From Podarcis filfolensis (Eukaryota), in NCBI GenBank assembly GCA_964270895.1, contig OZ185440.1: 64,000 nucleotides of DNA. One strand, 5' to 3'. A program made the translations under genes and the position numbers. Position 1 is the stretch's first letter, and every line of letters begins with the position of its first letter. The notes beneath the pieces were generated by a model, which was not told the origin of the DNA, made no database searches, and saw nothing but the letters and a program-made list of their open reading frames with translations. Below, one piece after another: positions 10,841-23,322 of the stretch.

Positions 10841-12429
10841 TAGTTCATTTAGTAAAAGTTCAGCAAAATGCAATGGCTGTAATGTACCATGTGTGCAAAG
10901 TAAGCCAGCCTATGTAAGTACTTTGATCGGCTAAATATCTTTGTGCCTTTGCAAAGCTCTGTCAGTTGTGCTTCAGACATTAAAAACTAGTACTGAAACA
11001 TGTCATTCCAGGCTTCATATGGATGTATAAAACTAGCAGCTGTGCATGCAATTGTATAATTTAACATATGCAAATTCATGAAAGTCATTTTAATTTTTCA
11101 CACACACACACACACTTTTTAATGGAGAAATTTAAGTTGTATTCATAAAGATTTGATTTCATGAAAGATTGAATAGACTTGCATGAGATGCAGCTTTTAA
11201 ATTTGGTTTGTGTTCTGTATTGTGCTCTGATTAGAGAGAGAGAGGCTTAACGGGGGCCAGATCTGATTGCTCCGCTCGTCACTGGGAACCTTTCCATGAA
11301 TTTTCATGTGCGTTGCTTGGATTGGGCACCAACCCTCTAGAGCCACAAAGGAATTTTAAAATTAAGCATGCGCTGAAATGCTTTGCCGGATTCAGACTCG
11401 AGAGTATAAAGTTTTAATGGCCAGCCATCCATTTGCAGTTTGGTATCAGAGCAAAAGCACTGGTGTAATTGATTCCAAAAAGTTGGGAGAATTTCAAGTA
11501 ATGATTCTAGGTTGGCATCTGAATGCAAGATGGTTGAGCCAGATCAATAATATGGGCGAGATTGAATCTTTCTTCCAGTCTTCTTGGCAAATGCCTGTTC
11601 TGTTACTTGCTTCACGGTGTCTTTCTTTTTTCTTTTTATAAATGTATGTATTCTTCCTGCCCACCTCCTTTTCTGGACTGTTCGGTTTAATTTGCTTGTT
11701 TGCACAATTTAGAGTTATTTCTTGTACATTCACCCCTCTGGGGAATTCTGCTTTCCCCTCATGACATCATGACCTCCTAGATTTAGGGTTGCTACGCACA
11801 CATATCTGATCTTTCATATTTGCCAACTTTGAGATATATGTATGCAGAATAGCTTTTGATCCAGCAGAGTTGTCTGCTAACATAAGAGAATGGGAAGCAA
11901 TTTTTTTCTTGAACTTTCCCCCCTGCATGTACACCTTGCCACCACATCCATTCTGATGGGACCCCCAATTCTTTGGTGTATATTTTCAGGGAAAGCACAA
12001 GGGGCTGTAGCAGGGACATGGAAAATATGAAAAATCAGCTCCCCTTCTCTTACATTTGCCAGCAGCAAAGGATTTAGATCTCACCCTGACAGGCCAGTTG
12101 GTTCTTAGAAAAGGAGGGTTCTGTGAGTTTAAATTTATGCCCGTCAGCTCTGCTTTCTGTTTAAGGGAATAACTAGACATAATAACAGCAGATTCCACGT
12201 GTGGAACTGCTAATTGCATAGAAGTTGAGCGGGCATCATTTTTAAAGCAAGAAATGTACACTGCCTTTCTGCAATCCGGGACAGAAAGAACTCTTATTGT
12301 GGAGAAATATGCTTAGTTGGCCATCCCAATATGGCCCTCTGAGGGTTAATGTGGTAGGAAAGTCACCCTTAGTGGGGTCAAGGAAGTAGAATCTGTTGGA
12401 GTTATTTTATTTTATATCTATATATATAG

Positions 12430-13330
12430 AGTTTATTTACAGCACACACACACACACACACTTGTCAAACTAAACATGAAAATAATAGTATAGAATCAAG
12501 AGAAAAACAACTACAAAACACAAAACAAAAAAATACAAATAAGACATGATAACGTGCGAAAACTTATACAAAACAAATAATCACACACCCACATACCATT
12601 GTTCAGTTCTTCTTTTCTTCTAAGTGACTTCCTTCATCCTCAACACTGTTCTCTTTTCGTTTTTGGTAAACTGTCTCCTTTTCAGTTCATTATTACCCTC
12701 TTTTTCTTTCTGTTTTTAACTTAAGTACCATAAATTATTCTGCAGAAATTAATCCAAGCAAGTCCAAGTATTAATTTGAGGGCACTGCTTTTTAAGATAT
12801 TCTCTATATTTTACCCATTCTTTTTGGAATTTTTGCTGGGTTTGACCCCTAATTGCCTCCGTCAATCTAGCCAATTCAATATAATCAAATAGTTTGTCTT
12901 GCCATTCTTTTTTTTGTTGAGATTATTTCTTTTTTCCAATTTTTGGTAATTAGTGTTCTTGCCGCTCCTGTGGCATAAAGGAATATTTTCATATTTTCTC
13001 CGGCAATACCTGTGTCTGGTATCCCCAATCAAAAAGCTTCTGGGTTTTTTTAAAACAAAGTTTTGTTTAAACATTTTCTTTAACTCTTCGTACACTATAT
13101 CCCAGAAGCCTTTGCTTTTATCACATGTCTACCACATATGTATGAGTGTCCCCTCTACCTTGTTACACCTCCAGCACAGATTTGATTTTGTTTCATGCAT
13201 TTTACGTATTTCATTTGGTGTTAAATACCATCTGTAAAACATCTTTATTAAATTTTCCCTTATCACTTCACAAGCCGTGAATTTCCAACTCTCTTTCCAT
13301 AATTTTCCCGATGATCTGTTGGAGTTATTC
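12430..13330 (-). mobile_element. L1-clade LINE 3' fragment (ORF2 C-terminus plus 3' UTR)
   Basis: Minus strand translates as KMFYRWYLTP...SNLCWRCNKVEGTLIHMW*TC..FW..VYEELKKMF, the L1 ORF2 cysteine-rich motif, followed by an A/T-rich tail. Confidence 0.85.
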
Positions 13331-13644
13331 TAAGATGGTTGCTAATACATGTAGTATTTAGAGACCTCTAGCCTGAGTGAAGGACAGCTGGGAGAAGAGT
13401 TGTGTCATCGTCACCATCATTGTTTTTATCATAATCATCAGCTTTAATTATTTGCACACAACTGTTCTTTGGAACAATTCCAAAGTATTTATCCCCAAAT
13501 CTATCTTTCTATGTATTTATTTTGGAAACCACAGCTGCCAATAATGGCAAGACTGAGCGACCGCTCTATAGATGGGGACATAGCTTGGAGCCACCTAAGT
13601 GTCTGAGCCAAGGATGGAGTATTGAGGAAGCAAGCATAGGATTA

Positions 13645-14000
13645 AAGGTAAACGTAAAGGGACCCCTGACCATTAGGTCTAGTCGTGGCCAACTCTGGGG
13701 TTGCGGCACTCATCTCACTTTATTGGTCAAGGGAGCCGGCGTACAGCTTCCAGGTCGTGTGGCCAGCATGACTAAGCCGCTTCTGGCGAACCAGAGCAGC
13801 ACACGGAAATGCCGTTTACCTTCCCGCCGGAGCGGTACCTATTTATCTACTTTCACTTTGACGTGTTTCGAACTGCTAGGTTGGCAGGAGCAGGGACTGA
13901 GCAACGGGAGCTCACCCCGTCGCGGGGATTCGAACCACCGACCTTCTAATCGGCAAGTCCTAGGCTCTGTGGTTTAACCCACAGCGCCACCCGCGTCCCC
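13645..14000 (-). mobile_element. Sauria/Squam1 SINE, full length
   Basis: Tail and head present; TSD AGCATAGGATTA/AGCAGAGGATTA. Confidence 0.95.
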
Positions 14001-15057
14001 TAGCAGAGGATTAGGAGGCTCCTAAAATGCATGCTTCAAAGTCTGTAGTACTTCCATACTGTGGCATACTAATAAGTGGCATCAAGGGTGCCCTTCAGCC
14101 AGGGAATCGAAGAATTAGATCTTTGTGAATTGTGATACAATGTGAACCGCAGTTTCCTTCAGATGCTGCACTTCACTGAATTTAGCAATGCAGTTCTTGG
14201 CTCTAAAATGTACAGAATATGTATGAAAATGTGTGTTTCAGAATGAGATCTGTCTTTTTTTTCCTCCCTGAAAACAATGTGTTCAAACTACGTATTTAAG
14301 TGCTATCTGAATATGGATTTTCCTGTGGATTTCTTCCCTTTAAAAAATCCACAGATGAGTGCAGAATCAGGACTGATAAAATAATACATGTGGAAAAATG
14401 ACCAGCCATCCTTACCTCTGGCAATGCTTTCTGATGCTCTGGTGTGCCAAACATGGAAGCAAGGAGCTGAGTACAGTACAAAAGATTGTGAGATTCACAG
14501 ACTCAAAGTGCGCATTAATACATTCCTCTAAAGTTTGCCTGCAGGGAAGCTTAAGTGGTTTTTAGAGAAAAGCCTCCCCGTTTAGCATTCTGCTATGCAG
14601 AACAGCTCAGTACCCATGTCAAGTGTAACATGAGAAGCAGCTCACAGATTCCTTTATGGAAGATTATCTCTCGATTACCATCACCTCTATCTAAGCTCTT
14701 GTTTCCTAAAGAGGTATATGGACTAGGTTTGTAGGTTCTATTATTCTCACTCGTCTTTCATCTGTCCCATGAAATTGGCTTTGTTTTATTCCCAGCTCTT
14801 GAAAAATGATGTCACCTCCAATCCCTTTTTCCATTTGTATCATGGGGGGTGTTTATCAAACCACTCTTTAAATAAAAATATATACAAAACACATTTCTGA
14901 TGTGAGAAAGAGTTCCAGGAATAACCATATAATTTCAAAACGATACTGATTTTGTTTATACGCAACATAATCTTTTACAGTGCTTAGTCTTTATTTGAAG
15001 CATTGCAAAGTGGATTTTTATGAAAGGTATTATAAAAGACTCCTTGTTTCTTCATAA

Positions 15058-15437
15058 NNNNNNNNNNNNNNNNNNNNNNNNNNNNNNNNNNNNNNNNNNN
15101 NNNNNNNNNNNNNNNNNNNNNNNNNNNNNNNNNNNNNNNNNNNNNNNNNNNNNNNNNNNNNNNNNNNNNNNNNNNNNNNNNNNNNNNNNNNNNNNNNNNN
15201 NNNNNNNNNNNNNNNNNNNNNNNNNNNNNNNNNNNNNTTTCCCTGTCAGACGCTTGTNNNNNNNNNNNNNNNNNNNNNNNNNNNNNNNNNNNNNNNNNNN
15301 NNNNNNNNNNNNNNNNNNNNNNNNNNNNNNNNNNNNNNNNNNNNNNNNNNNNNNNNNNNNNNNNNNNNNNNNNNNNNNNNNNNNNNNNNNNNNNNNNNNN
15401 NNNNNNNNNNNNNNNNNNNNNNNNNNNNNNNNNNNNN
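15058..15437. other. Assembly gaps: two 180-N runs around a 20-nt island
   Basis: N at 15058-15237 and 15258-15437. Confidence 0.95.
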
Positions 15438-16841
15438 CTTAAGTGGGTTTAAAAGCAAAGCAAATTTGTATTTAATCTTTTTTCCAGGCATATTTTCCCT
15501 AATGGAGGAAAGGTTAGGACAGATGATATATTTTAAACACAGTTTTAATTTATTTTTTTTCCTGCCTCATTCCCCTCCTCCTTTTGTTAAAAGTATGAGG
15601 ATTTCTGCTCTGAGAGGGAGAGGTTTGTATATAATATGAAAGCCAGGTACAGTATATACATATATATAGATATATACCTGCTAAAGAAAACCAAATACAT
15701 ACCTGCTCATTTAATCAACGTGAGGGAGAGTTGTATAATAGAAATTAGCATAAAGGTGTTTACATGGATGGATGGACAGGTGTAAATCTGTAGATGGTAT
15801 TTTAATTGTAACGTGGGAGAACGCAGTGGAAAACCATTTCACACCGTCTTTCTTTCATTCGTTTAAACCCTTTTCTGCTGCACATTTATTTTACTCCCTC
15901 TGAAAGCCCTTTGAGCATGTTGATCAGAGAAGATTGGGGTTACAGAGCTTCATATTTCAAATGTTACATTTCCTGCAATAAAGTAACAAATTTGCTTGAA
16001 GTGCTTTTAGTTTAACAAAAACCACATATGCTACAGCAGCCGCATAGATGATCTTCATCTCACACTGTGTATGTGGAGTTACAGAATGCCAAGCATGCCT
16101 AGATTTTTTTTTTTTTGTATAAAAATGCTCATAAATGCAATTTCCAAAACAGAATCTAATGAGGTACTTAATAGTCACAAAACTGGCACATTTGATAATT
16201 AATGTTCCTTACTGAATTTTTGCTGATGCAGCATAGTTTGAAAGAGAGAAGAAAGTTAACTGAACATTTCGCTTGATCCAACAGGGAAAATGAAAAGTTA
16301 ACTTTTATGTTTTAATAAAAAAAGAAAGAAAGTGCAAGAGAGAAAACTATCTTCTTTGGTATTTGACTGTCATAGATATAGGCCCTTCTAATTGCTCTAA
16401 AACTTCTAATTATGCTGAAAAGACATATAAATGCACCTATTGTTCAACCAAAAATCATAATGAAAAAAATAAAATGTTCCAAATCCAGAGATCCACTCAG
16501 AAAACAGCAGTCTGTATTTGTATTTCTGTGCATTGTATGCTTGCTGGATTCTACCTTCCTGCACCCAAAGTGTTGAGCAATTGTTTCAAAAGTTGTATAA
16601 AAGGCAGCTTCTCTGTTAAGCTCAGAATTGAGACTGGAACGGGTCCCACCTATATCTGTTGATATTTGGAATCTGCAGAATAACAGATATATAAATATAA
16701 TGAACAGTGCACAAGCCCTCCTAGGCTGGGGAGGGCGGGATACAAATAAAATTTTATTATAATTATTATGATGATGATAATGAAAGAGAGATAATTTAAG
16801 CTGCACAAAATAATTATATACGTACTTTTTAGAGGATTTAG

Positions 16842-17020
16842 CAGTCATGTGATAAGAGCACAGGTCCTCGTATGGATCTGTAACTGGTTAAAGAACAGGA
16901 AACAGAGAGAGTAGGAATAAATGGACAGTTGTCATAAACAAGGGATTAAAGAAGTTGGTTCTCCTGAGGATCCGTATTGGGACCTGTGCTTTTTAACTTG
17001 TTCGAAAATTACCTGGCATT
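16842..17020 (+). mobile_element. CR1 LINE reverse transcriptase fragment
   Basis: Translates as WICNWLKNRKQ(R)VGINGQLS...GSVLGPVLFNLF, a degenerate CR1 RT motif with a frameshift and stops. Confidence 0.85.
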
Positions 17021-17329
17021 AGGGATATTGGGCAGTATATGGATGTGTCAGGCTCATTGACTACAGTCACCCCAGCTATGGTTGATGATACCTGCTCTAG
17101 TCTCCCCCAGGCCCTAGCCTGACACTCTTAACTACAATTCCACACTGTCCCCACAGTGGCAGGGATGTAAGCAGCTACAAAGGGACTCCTGTGGCAGTGA
17201 GACCTTGGACCATTGGCTGTGGTGAGGACTACAGGGCCTGCTGCCTTCCAGGGCATTTTCCAACTGGCCCAGGGGGCGTGGCCCAGGCCCTCATTTGGAA
17301 CAAACTTTTGGGGAAGTGCGGGAAGTTTT

Positions 17330-17845
17330 TCTGCTATTGCTTCCCTGTTCCAAGTGGTTAGTGTGTTTTAAAATGTCCTTAAGCAGTCGGTGGCATTTTA
17401 AATTTTCTTTCTTTCTTTCCTTTTTTTCCTTTCTTGGGGGTGGGTGGGTGGGATGGATATTTGGTTGGGGATAAATTTTTCTATAACTGTTCTGTTTTTG
17501 TTTTTTGTTGTTTTATTGGTTGTATTGTTTGCGTTTTGTTTTTAAGGGGCGGGATCGGGGCTGCCTGTGAGTGGGACCCCAGCCAACACAATGGCTGGGG
17601 TAAGTTCCACGGGGGGGGGGGAGCACTGGGACATCCGATCTTGGTGATCATGGGCAGGAGGAGGAGTTACGCTAAGACCAGACCATGTCATTACCAAGGA
17701 GGCAGGTTTAGTCGTTTGAAGACTATCCCTGCCTCCAGGTCTGGTCTTGACCGGATGGATACTGGAATCAACAAGGGTTGCTGTGTAATGCTAGGTCAAT
17801 GATTCATAAGACCACTGCCATCCATGACTTGATCGTGGATGCTCT
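17330..17845 (+). mobile_element. L2 LINE 5'/endonuclease-start fragment
   Basis: 17778-17840 translates as LLCNARSMIHKTTAIHDLIVD, an APE N-terminal motif; the left boundary is uncertain. Confidence 0.6.
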
Positions 17846-17950
17846 GTGGTTCCTGGCATTCCTGACATCTGTGTAAGGCGGGTCTTCCTAAGGAAGTGAG
17901 GGGTACCTTATGTGATTTAACATTGCCAGTCAATATGTAGAAACTCACAT

Positions 17951-18200
17951 AGAAGAAGAAGAGGAGTTTGGATTTGATATCCCGCTTTATCACTACCCGT
18001 AGGAGTCTCAAAGCGGCTAACATTCTCCTTTCCCTTCCTCCCCCACAACAAACACTCTGTGAGATGAGTGGGGCTGAGAGACTTCAGAAAAGTGTGACTA
18101 GCCCAAGGTCACCCAGCAGCTGCATGTGGAGGAGCGGAGACGCAAACCCGGTTCACCAGATTACGAGTCTACTGCTCTTAACCACTACACCACACTGGCT
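17951..18200 (-). mobile_element. Squam3-like SINE
   Basis: Reverse complement of the 87-342 element, with (GAA)n tail. Confidence 0.9.
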
Positions 18201-18575
18201 GACGTGTTCTGAGCATCAGTGGTGATGCTGTAGTTCTGCTGCTGCCACGTAAGACATACCAAAAGCCTTAATAGGGATGAGGGGTTTACTAGAGGTGGGG
18301 TGGGGGTCTTCAATTCAACTCATACTTAAAGGCGAACATGCCTAATTCACACTTTTTGAAACAAAATGCCGCTGGCTTTTGAAATTCACACTTCTCTTAT
18401 TTTTTCCCCTCAGTCCAGTTCCCCAGACAAGTAATGTGTACTAAAACCCCCCACAAACAATGCATATACTATGGTAATGTGAGAATAAAAATGTGTATGT
18501 TGGTGAAAATAGCACACAGAAATGTATTCTATTAGAGGAAATCAGCTTTGCAAAAATGTTACCATACAAATGGCA

Positions 18576-18618
<43 letters not shown>
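18576..18618. repeat. (TAA)n microsatellite
   Basis: Directly visible; continues at 18861 beyond the MITE. Confidence 0.95.
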
Positions 18619-18619
<1 letters not shown>

Positions 18620-18860
18620 AGTGGTACCTCAGGTTACATACGCTTCAGGTTACATACGCTTCAGGTTACAGACTCTGCTAACCCAGAAATATTACCTCGG
18701 GCTAAGAACTTTGCTTCAGGATGAGAACAGAAATCATGCTCCGGTGGCGCAGGGGCAGCGGGAGGCCCCATTAGCTAAAGTGGTGTCTCAGGTTAAGAAC
18801 AGTTTCAGGTTAAGAACGAACCTCCAGAACAAATTAAGTATGTAACCAGAGGTACTACTG
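18619..18860. mobile_element. Tigger-like MITE
   Basis: TIRs CAGTGGTACCTCAGGTTAC / GTAACCAGAGGTACTACTG; TA TSD; opposite orientation to the 10599 copy. Confidence 0.9.
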
Positions 18861-18990
18861 TAATAATAATAATAATTTATTATTTATACCCTGCCCATCT
18901 GGCTGGGCTTCCCCAGCTACTCTGGGCGGCTTCCAACAAAATATTAAAATACAGTATGCATCAAACATTAAAAGCTTTCCTAAACAGGGA
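18861..18990 (-). mobile_element. L2 3' end fragment
   Basis: TTTATACCCTGCCCATCTGGCTGGG..CCCCAGC shared with the other L2 copies. Confidence 0.8.
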
Positions 18991-19248
18991 TACTGTACAT
19001 GCATATGCTTGGAGAAATTTACGCTAAAATGTTTGATTGTGAAAAAAATAATTGCAAACTGATGTGGAAATGTGGAGAATCCAATGGAAGACTGGGGAAA
19101 CGAAAAAATGAAATTGACAGAATTGGAATTGCCCATCCCTAGTGGTCACCCAATATATCAGGTGGATATTAATTTGATAATACCAGTAACTGCTATCATC
19201 TCACACAGAAAAGTGATGCTTAGGTCTGTAAAGGCTTTACGTCTAAAG

Positions 19249-19279
<31 letters not shown>

Positions 19280-20846
19280 TGTTTATCTCTGCTTGAAGAT
19301 CACGATTGGATGCCCTTCATTATCACTTTTAAGTAGTAAATCAGTGTATCGTTTGTGAAAGGAATGTTTGCCTCCAGTCCTTCCCCCACCCCTTTCGCCA
19401 CTCTTTGGGTTTCCTCCTAAGCCTATTTCAGATGGTATTGAGACCATAAGAATAATTTTTCAACAATACTCCGATAACAAAGCACTTGAAAAAGGTATAA
19501 CCTTGTGGGTTGTTTAAAGAAAAGCAAAGAGGAGCCGTGAATAGCTATGAAGTCACTTTGCTGTTTTAATGTGATGATCCCTCCGTTCCGCTGCTTCCCT
19601 GCCTCCGACTTTAAAAGCATGCATTCAGATTCTTCCTTTAAAGTCAAGGCAATGTGCTGATTGACTGTACTGACATAATTGTGCTAATGACAAGACACTG
19701 AGGCTACATTGTTAGATATGTCGCTTAGCATCACTATTTATTTAGTTCACTTCTGCCAAGCCCGACTTATACTTTTTATACATTGTGGTTTCAGTCAGTC
19801 TCTTAAAGTGCTTCATTGCTGAAATAACATTATTTTCCTTTTTCTTTTCCTTTTTTTAAAAAAAATATTTATTTATTTTTAAAGTCTTTTAGCAGTAGTT
19901 CAAGAGAAGAAAGTCTCCCCCAGCATCATTAAACAAGGTTCAAAGTTTGTCCTCGCTGGAAGATTCAAAGTTGGAGCACTTAGAGAATGAATTCTTTAAT
20001 CTGTAACATGATTAGCAAAAAGAGTTTTTTTGTATCCAAGCCCAGCTTTTAACCCAGGTTAATGGCAATAATATGCTTTTTAATCTACAAAAAGAAAAGA
20101 AAAAAATCCCCATTGCTTTTTTTAAAAAAGATTCTTTCATTTTCTTAGGTAATCTTCTGTGGTTACTGCCTTGAACTGTTGAAATGTCATTGTCTGCTGT
20201 TTACCAGAATGGAATATAATTGGAAATGCAGGCGAGGGAGTTATTCTACAAGTGGCCAATGTTCCTGCTTATATGCTGTTTACCTGTAGTCATTCTCTAT
20301 GAAATTGTGTGACACTTTGCAATTGTGAGACTCCTTAAGATCTCCAGCAAAACTCCAGTATTTAAATAATACTGAGGTTGTGGCATAATGTGATAATAGA
20401 TAGAGAATACAAAGTTGAGGTCAGCACTTCATTCTGGGCTCAATGCATATGAAGGAAGGGGGGGAGAAATAAGAGGCCCTAGAGATAAGCAGACATGAAA
20501 ATATGGACATTTTGGAAATAGGTTTGTGATGCACCAGGTATACAGGGAGACTATTAGCCCTATGCATGTATTTGGGTGAGCAAGCTGGGGCGCATAATGT
20601 GAGGAGGGGCAAACATGCAAGCTCAGCCCCTAATGTCCCCCATGCCCCCCCCCATTTCCAATCTCCATGTGCTAAGAACTTAGGAAACTGCCTGATGACA
20701 AGTCGGACATTGATCCATGTAGCTCCGTAAGGTCCATACTGGCTGGTAGCAGCTCTCCAGCTTTTTAAACAGTGAGCCTTTTCCATCCTAGCTGGGAATG
20801 CTGCCACTGAGGTACAGCCATTCAGATTGAGCATAAAGGTCTAAAT

Positions 20847-21438
20847 CAGGGATGTCCAACAGGTCAATCGCGATGTACTGGTAGATCCCCAGGTTTTGGT
20901 AGATCGTGGTCAATTGCTGGATAAAATAGAATCCGGCCCTGGCAACCTCACCCCACCCTCCATTGTTGCATGCTCTGCAGAACAGAAGAAGCACCGTATT
21001 TTTCGCTCTATAAGACGCACCAGACCAAAAAACGCACCTAGTTTTTGGAGGAGGAAAACAAGAAAAAAAAATATTTTGAATCTCTGAAGCCAGAACAGCA
21101 AGAGGGATCGCTGCACAGTGAAAGCAGCAATCCCTCTTGCTGTTCTGGCTTCTGGGATAGCTGTGCAGCCTGCATTCGCTCCATAAGACGCACACACATT
21201 TCCCCTTACTTTTTAGGAGGGAAAAAGTGAGTCTTATAGAGCAAAAAATATGGTAGTTTACTCAGTAAGGCTGTTTGTTCCCCCAGCGATCTGTTGGTGA
21301 GTGGCTGCTCCTTTTTCTGCCCCCAAACGGGGCTTTCCTCCTCCCTTAAAAAAGCTCAGCAACTTTGACGGGGGTAGATCCCTGCCAGTTTTTAATTCTG
21401 TAAGTAGATCTCAGTCTCTTGGGAGTTGGCCACCCTTG
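20847..21438. mobile_element. hAT MITE containing a nested mariner MITE
   Basis: Ends CAGGGATGTCCAAC / GTTGGCCACCCTTG; perfect TSD GTCTAAAT. Confidence 0.85.
20994..21253. mobile_element. Tc1/mariner-type MITE (CCGTATTTTT TIR family)
   Basis: TIRs CCGTATTTTTCGCTCTATAAGAC / GTCTTATAGAGCAAAAAATATGG followed by TA. Confidence 0.85.
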
Positions 21439-21446
21439 GTCTAAAT

Positions 21447-21581
21447 CAAGGTTCCCCAAACTTGGGTCTCCAGCCATTTTTGGACTACAGTTCCCATCAT
21501 CCCTAGCTAGCAGGGCCAATGGTCAAGGATGGTGGGAACTGTAGTCCCAAAACAGCTGGAGTCCCAGGTTTGGGAACCCTG
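21447..21581. mobile_element. Short palindromic hAT MITE
   Basis: TIRs CAAGGTTCCCCAAAC / GTTTGGGAACCCTG; TSD GTCTAAAT on both sides. Confidence 0.9.
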
Positions 21582-21930
21582 GTCTAAATAGACATGTCTG
21601 GACGCACCCCGTCATTGGGAACCCCGATAAAGCAGCATTCTGCAGGGTTCCAAATCCCAGTAAGGGTTATCTGTACATTTACTTGAACACAGGAAGAGTT
21701 TCCCTTCTGAACTTCACACTCAATATGCATATGCCAAACGTAGAGCCAGGACATGCAAGGATGCTGGAGGTGGGGGTAGTGTGCATGTCCTCTCCCCTCT
21801 TTAAGCCCACCCTCCTTCAGTAAAACAGGTGAATAAGGCTTATGTGGTGATAGATAGTTACTTCGTTGCAGAAAAGCACATGTCTTTCACATATGGGCCT
21901 GCTCCGTTCATCGTGGCTAAATTAATGAGT

Positions 21931-22290
21931 TAAAAGGGGAGTCCTAACAGTTAAGTCCAGTGGCGAACGACTCTAGGGTTGCGGCGCTCATCTCTCTTTA
22001 CTGGCCGAGGGAGCCGGCGTTTGTCCGCAGACAGTTTTTCCGGGTCATGTGGCCAGCAGGACTAAGCCGTTTATGGCGACACTAGAGCAGTGCACGGAAA
22101 GGCCGTTTACCTTCCCGCCAGAGCGGTACCTATTTATCTACTTGCACTTTGACAAGCTTTCGAACTGCTAGGTGGGCAGGAGCTGGGACCAAGCAACGGG
22201 AACTCACCCCGCCGCGGGGATTCGAACCGCCTACCTTCCAATAGGCAAGCCCTAGGCTCAGTGGTTTAGACCAGAGCGCCACCCGCGTCC
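21931..22290 (-). mobile_element. Sauria/Squam1 SINE (distinct subfamily)
   Basis: Same body as the other copies but a different 3' region (CAGTTAAGTCCAGTGGCGAACGACTC). Confidence 0.9.
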
Positions 22291-23322
22291 TAATTTTCAG
22301 TCTATATGAAATGAACGTTGTGAGTAATGAGGGTAAAAAAAAAGGATGGGGATCATTTTTGTAATCCTCTTTCTGCCCACTGCAAGAGACAGGTTTTCTG
22401 TTTCTCTAGCTCACTGGTCTGATTTTTGTGCCCTGGTGTGGTATCATTCTGGAATGTTCTGGGGAAAGCAACTGGAAATTGCCAATGAAGGCTGCCAGGG
22501 GCCAAAAAAAGGCAGCCTCAACATTTCATCCTTGACACCATCACCAAAGGATACACTGGAAGACAAAATGTGTAGACCATTCTGGGGAAATAAAATGGTG
22601 GCTGCCAGGGGGAAAGTGCTGAAATCTCCCTTACACACAGAGAGAGGGAGCATATTTTTAAAAGCAGGGTTTTATTGGAAAAATAATGGGGAGGACTCAG
22701 GAACATGAATTGCAAAAACAAATGACTAATGAAATGAATGTGATTTCAGTGAATGAAAGAAATGAAGTTTTAAATAATGAAAACAAAAGGAATAATAAAA
22801 TGGAGGGAACACCTTTACATCCCTTCTTCGGGAGCTATTATATATGCATTTGTTTTAAACATTAATAACTTGCCCTTTCTTCAATAGAGCTCAAGCTAGT
22901 GAGCTACAATGAATTAAAATGACTGTGATAGAAGAATAAAAAACTAAAAGGAGCTAAATAAACACTAGTACAGCAGAATGAAAAGAATAAAAATATATTA
23001 AAAGCTCTTCAAAATAATGAATGGGAGTTGGCATAGGTCAGTGAATAGCATTTAGGGATTAATTAATTGATGCATTTAGGGATGTTCCCAAAAAAAGTCC
23101 TTTTAGCATTCAAGTCTTTCATAATCTTGTATATCCAGGTTGCCTCAAGCTCCTGATTATGAACTCCCAGAAGTTTTCTGATCCTTTGGTGTTATTCATA
23201 CACCCAAAGTTCACATTACGCACCTGTGAGTACAAGGCACTGTACATTTAAATGATTGTTGCGACACTCCAACAGGCATGGCATCCCCACCCTGCCGAAA
23301 ATCCTGGGATCTGCAGTTTGTT

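Noticed and set aside
13522-13977. 151-aa ORF, with similar ORFs at 30379, 52864, 54603 and 55466
   Set aside because: These are antisense readings of Sauria SINEs; the same peptide recurs at each copy.
15020-15491. ORFs spanning N runs (also 49604-50087)
   Set aside because: Artefacts of translating gaps.
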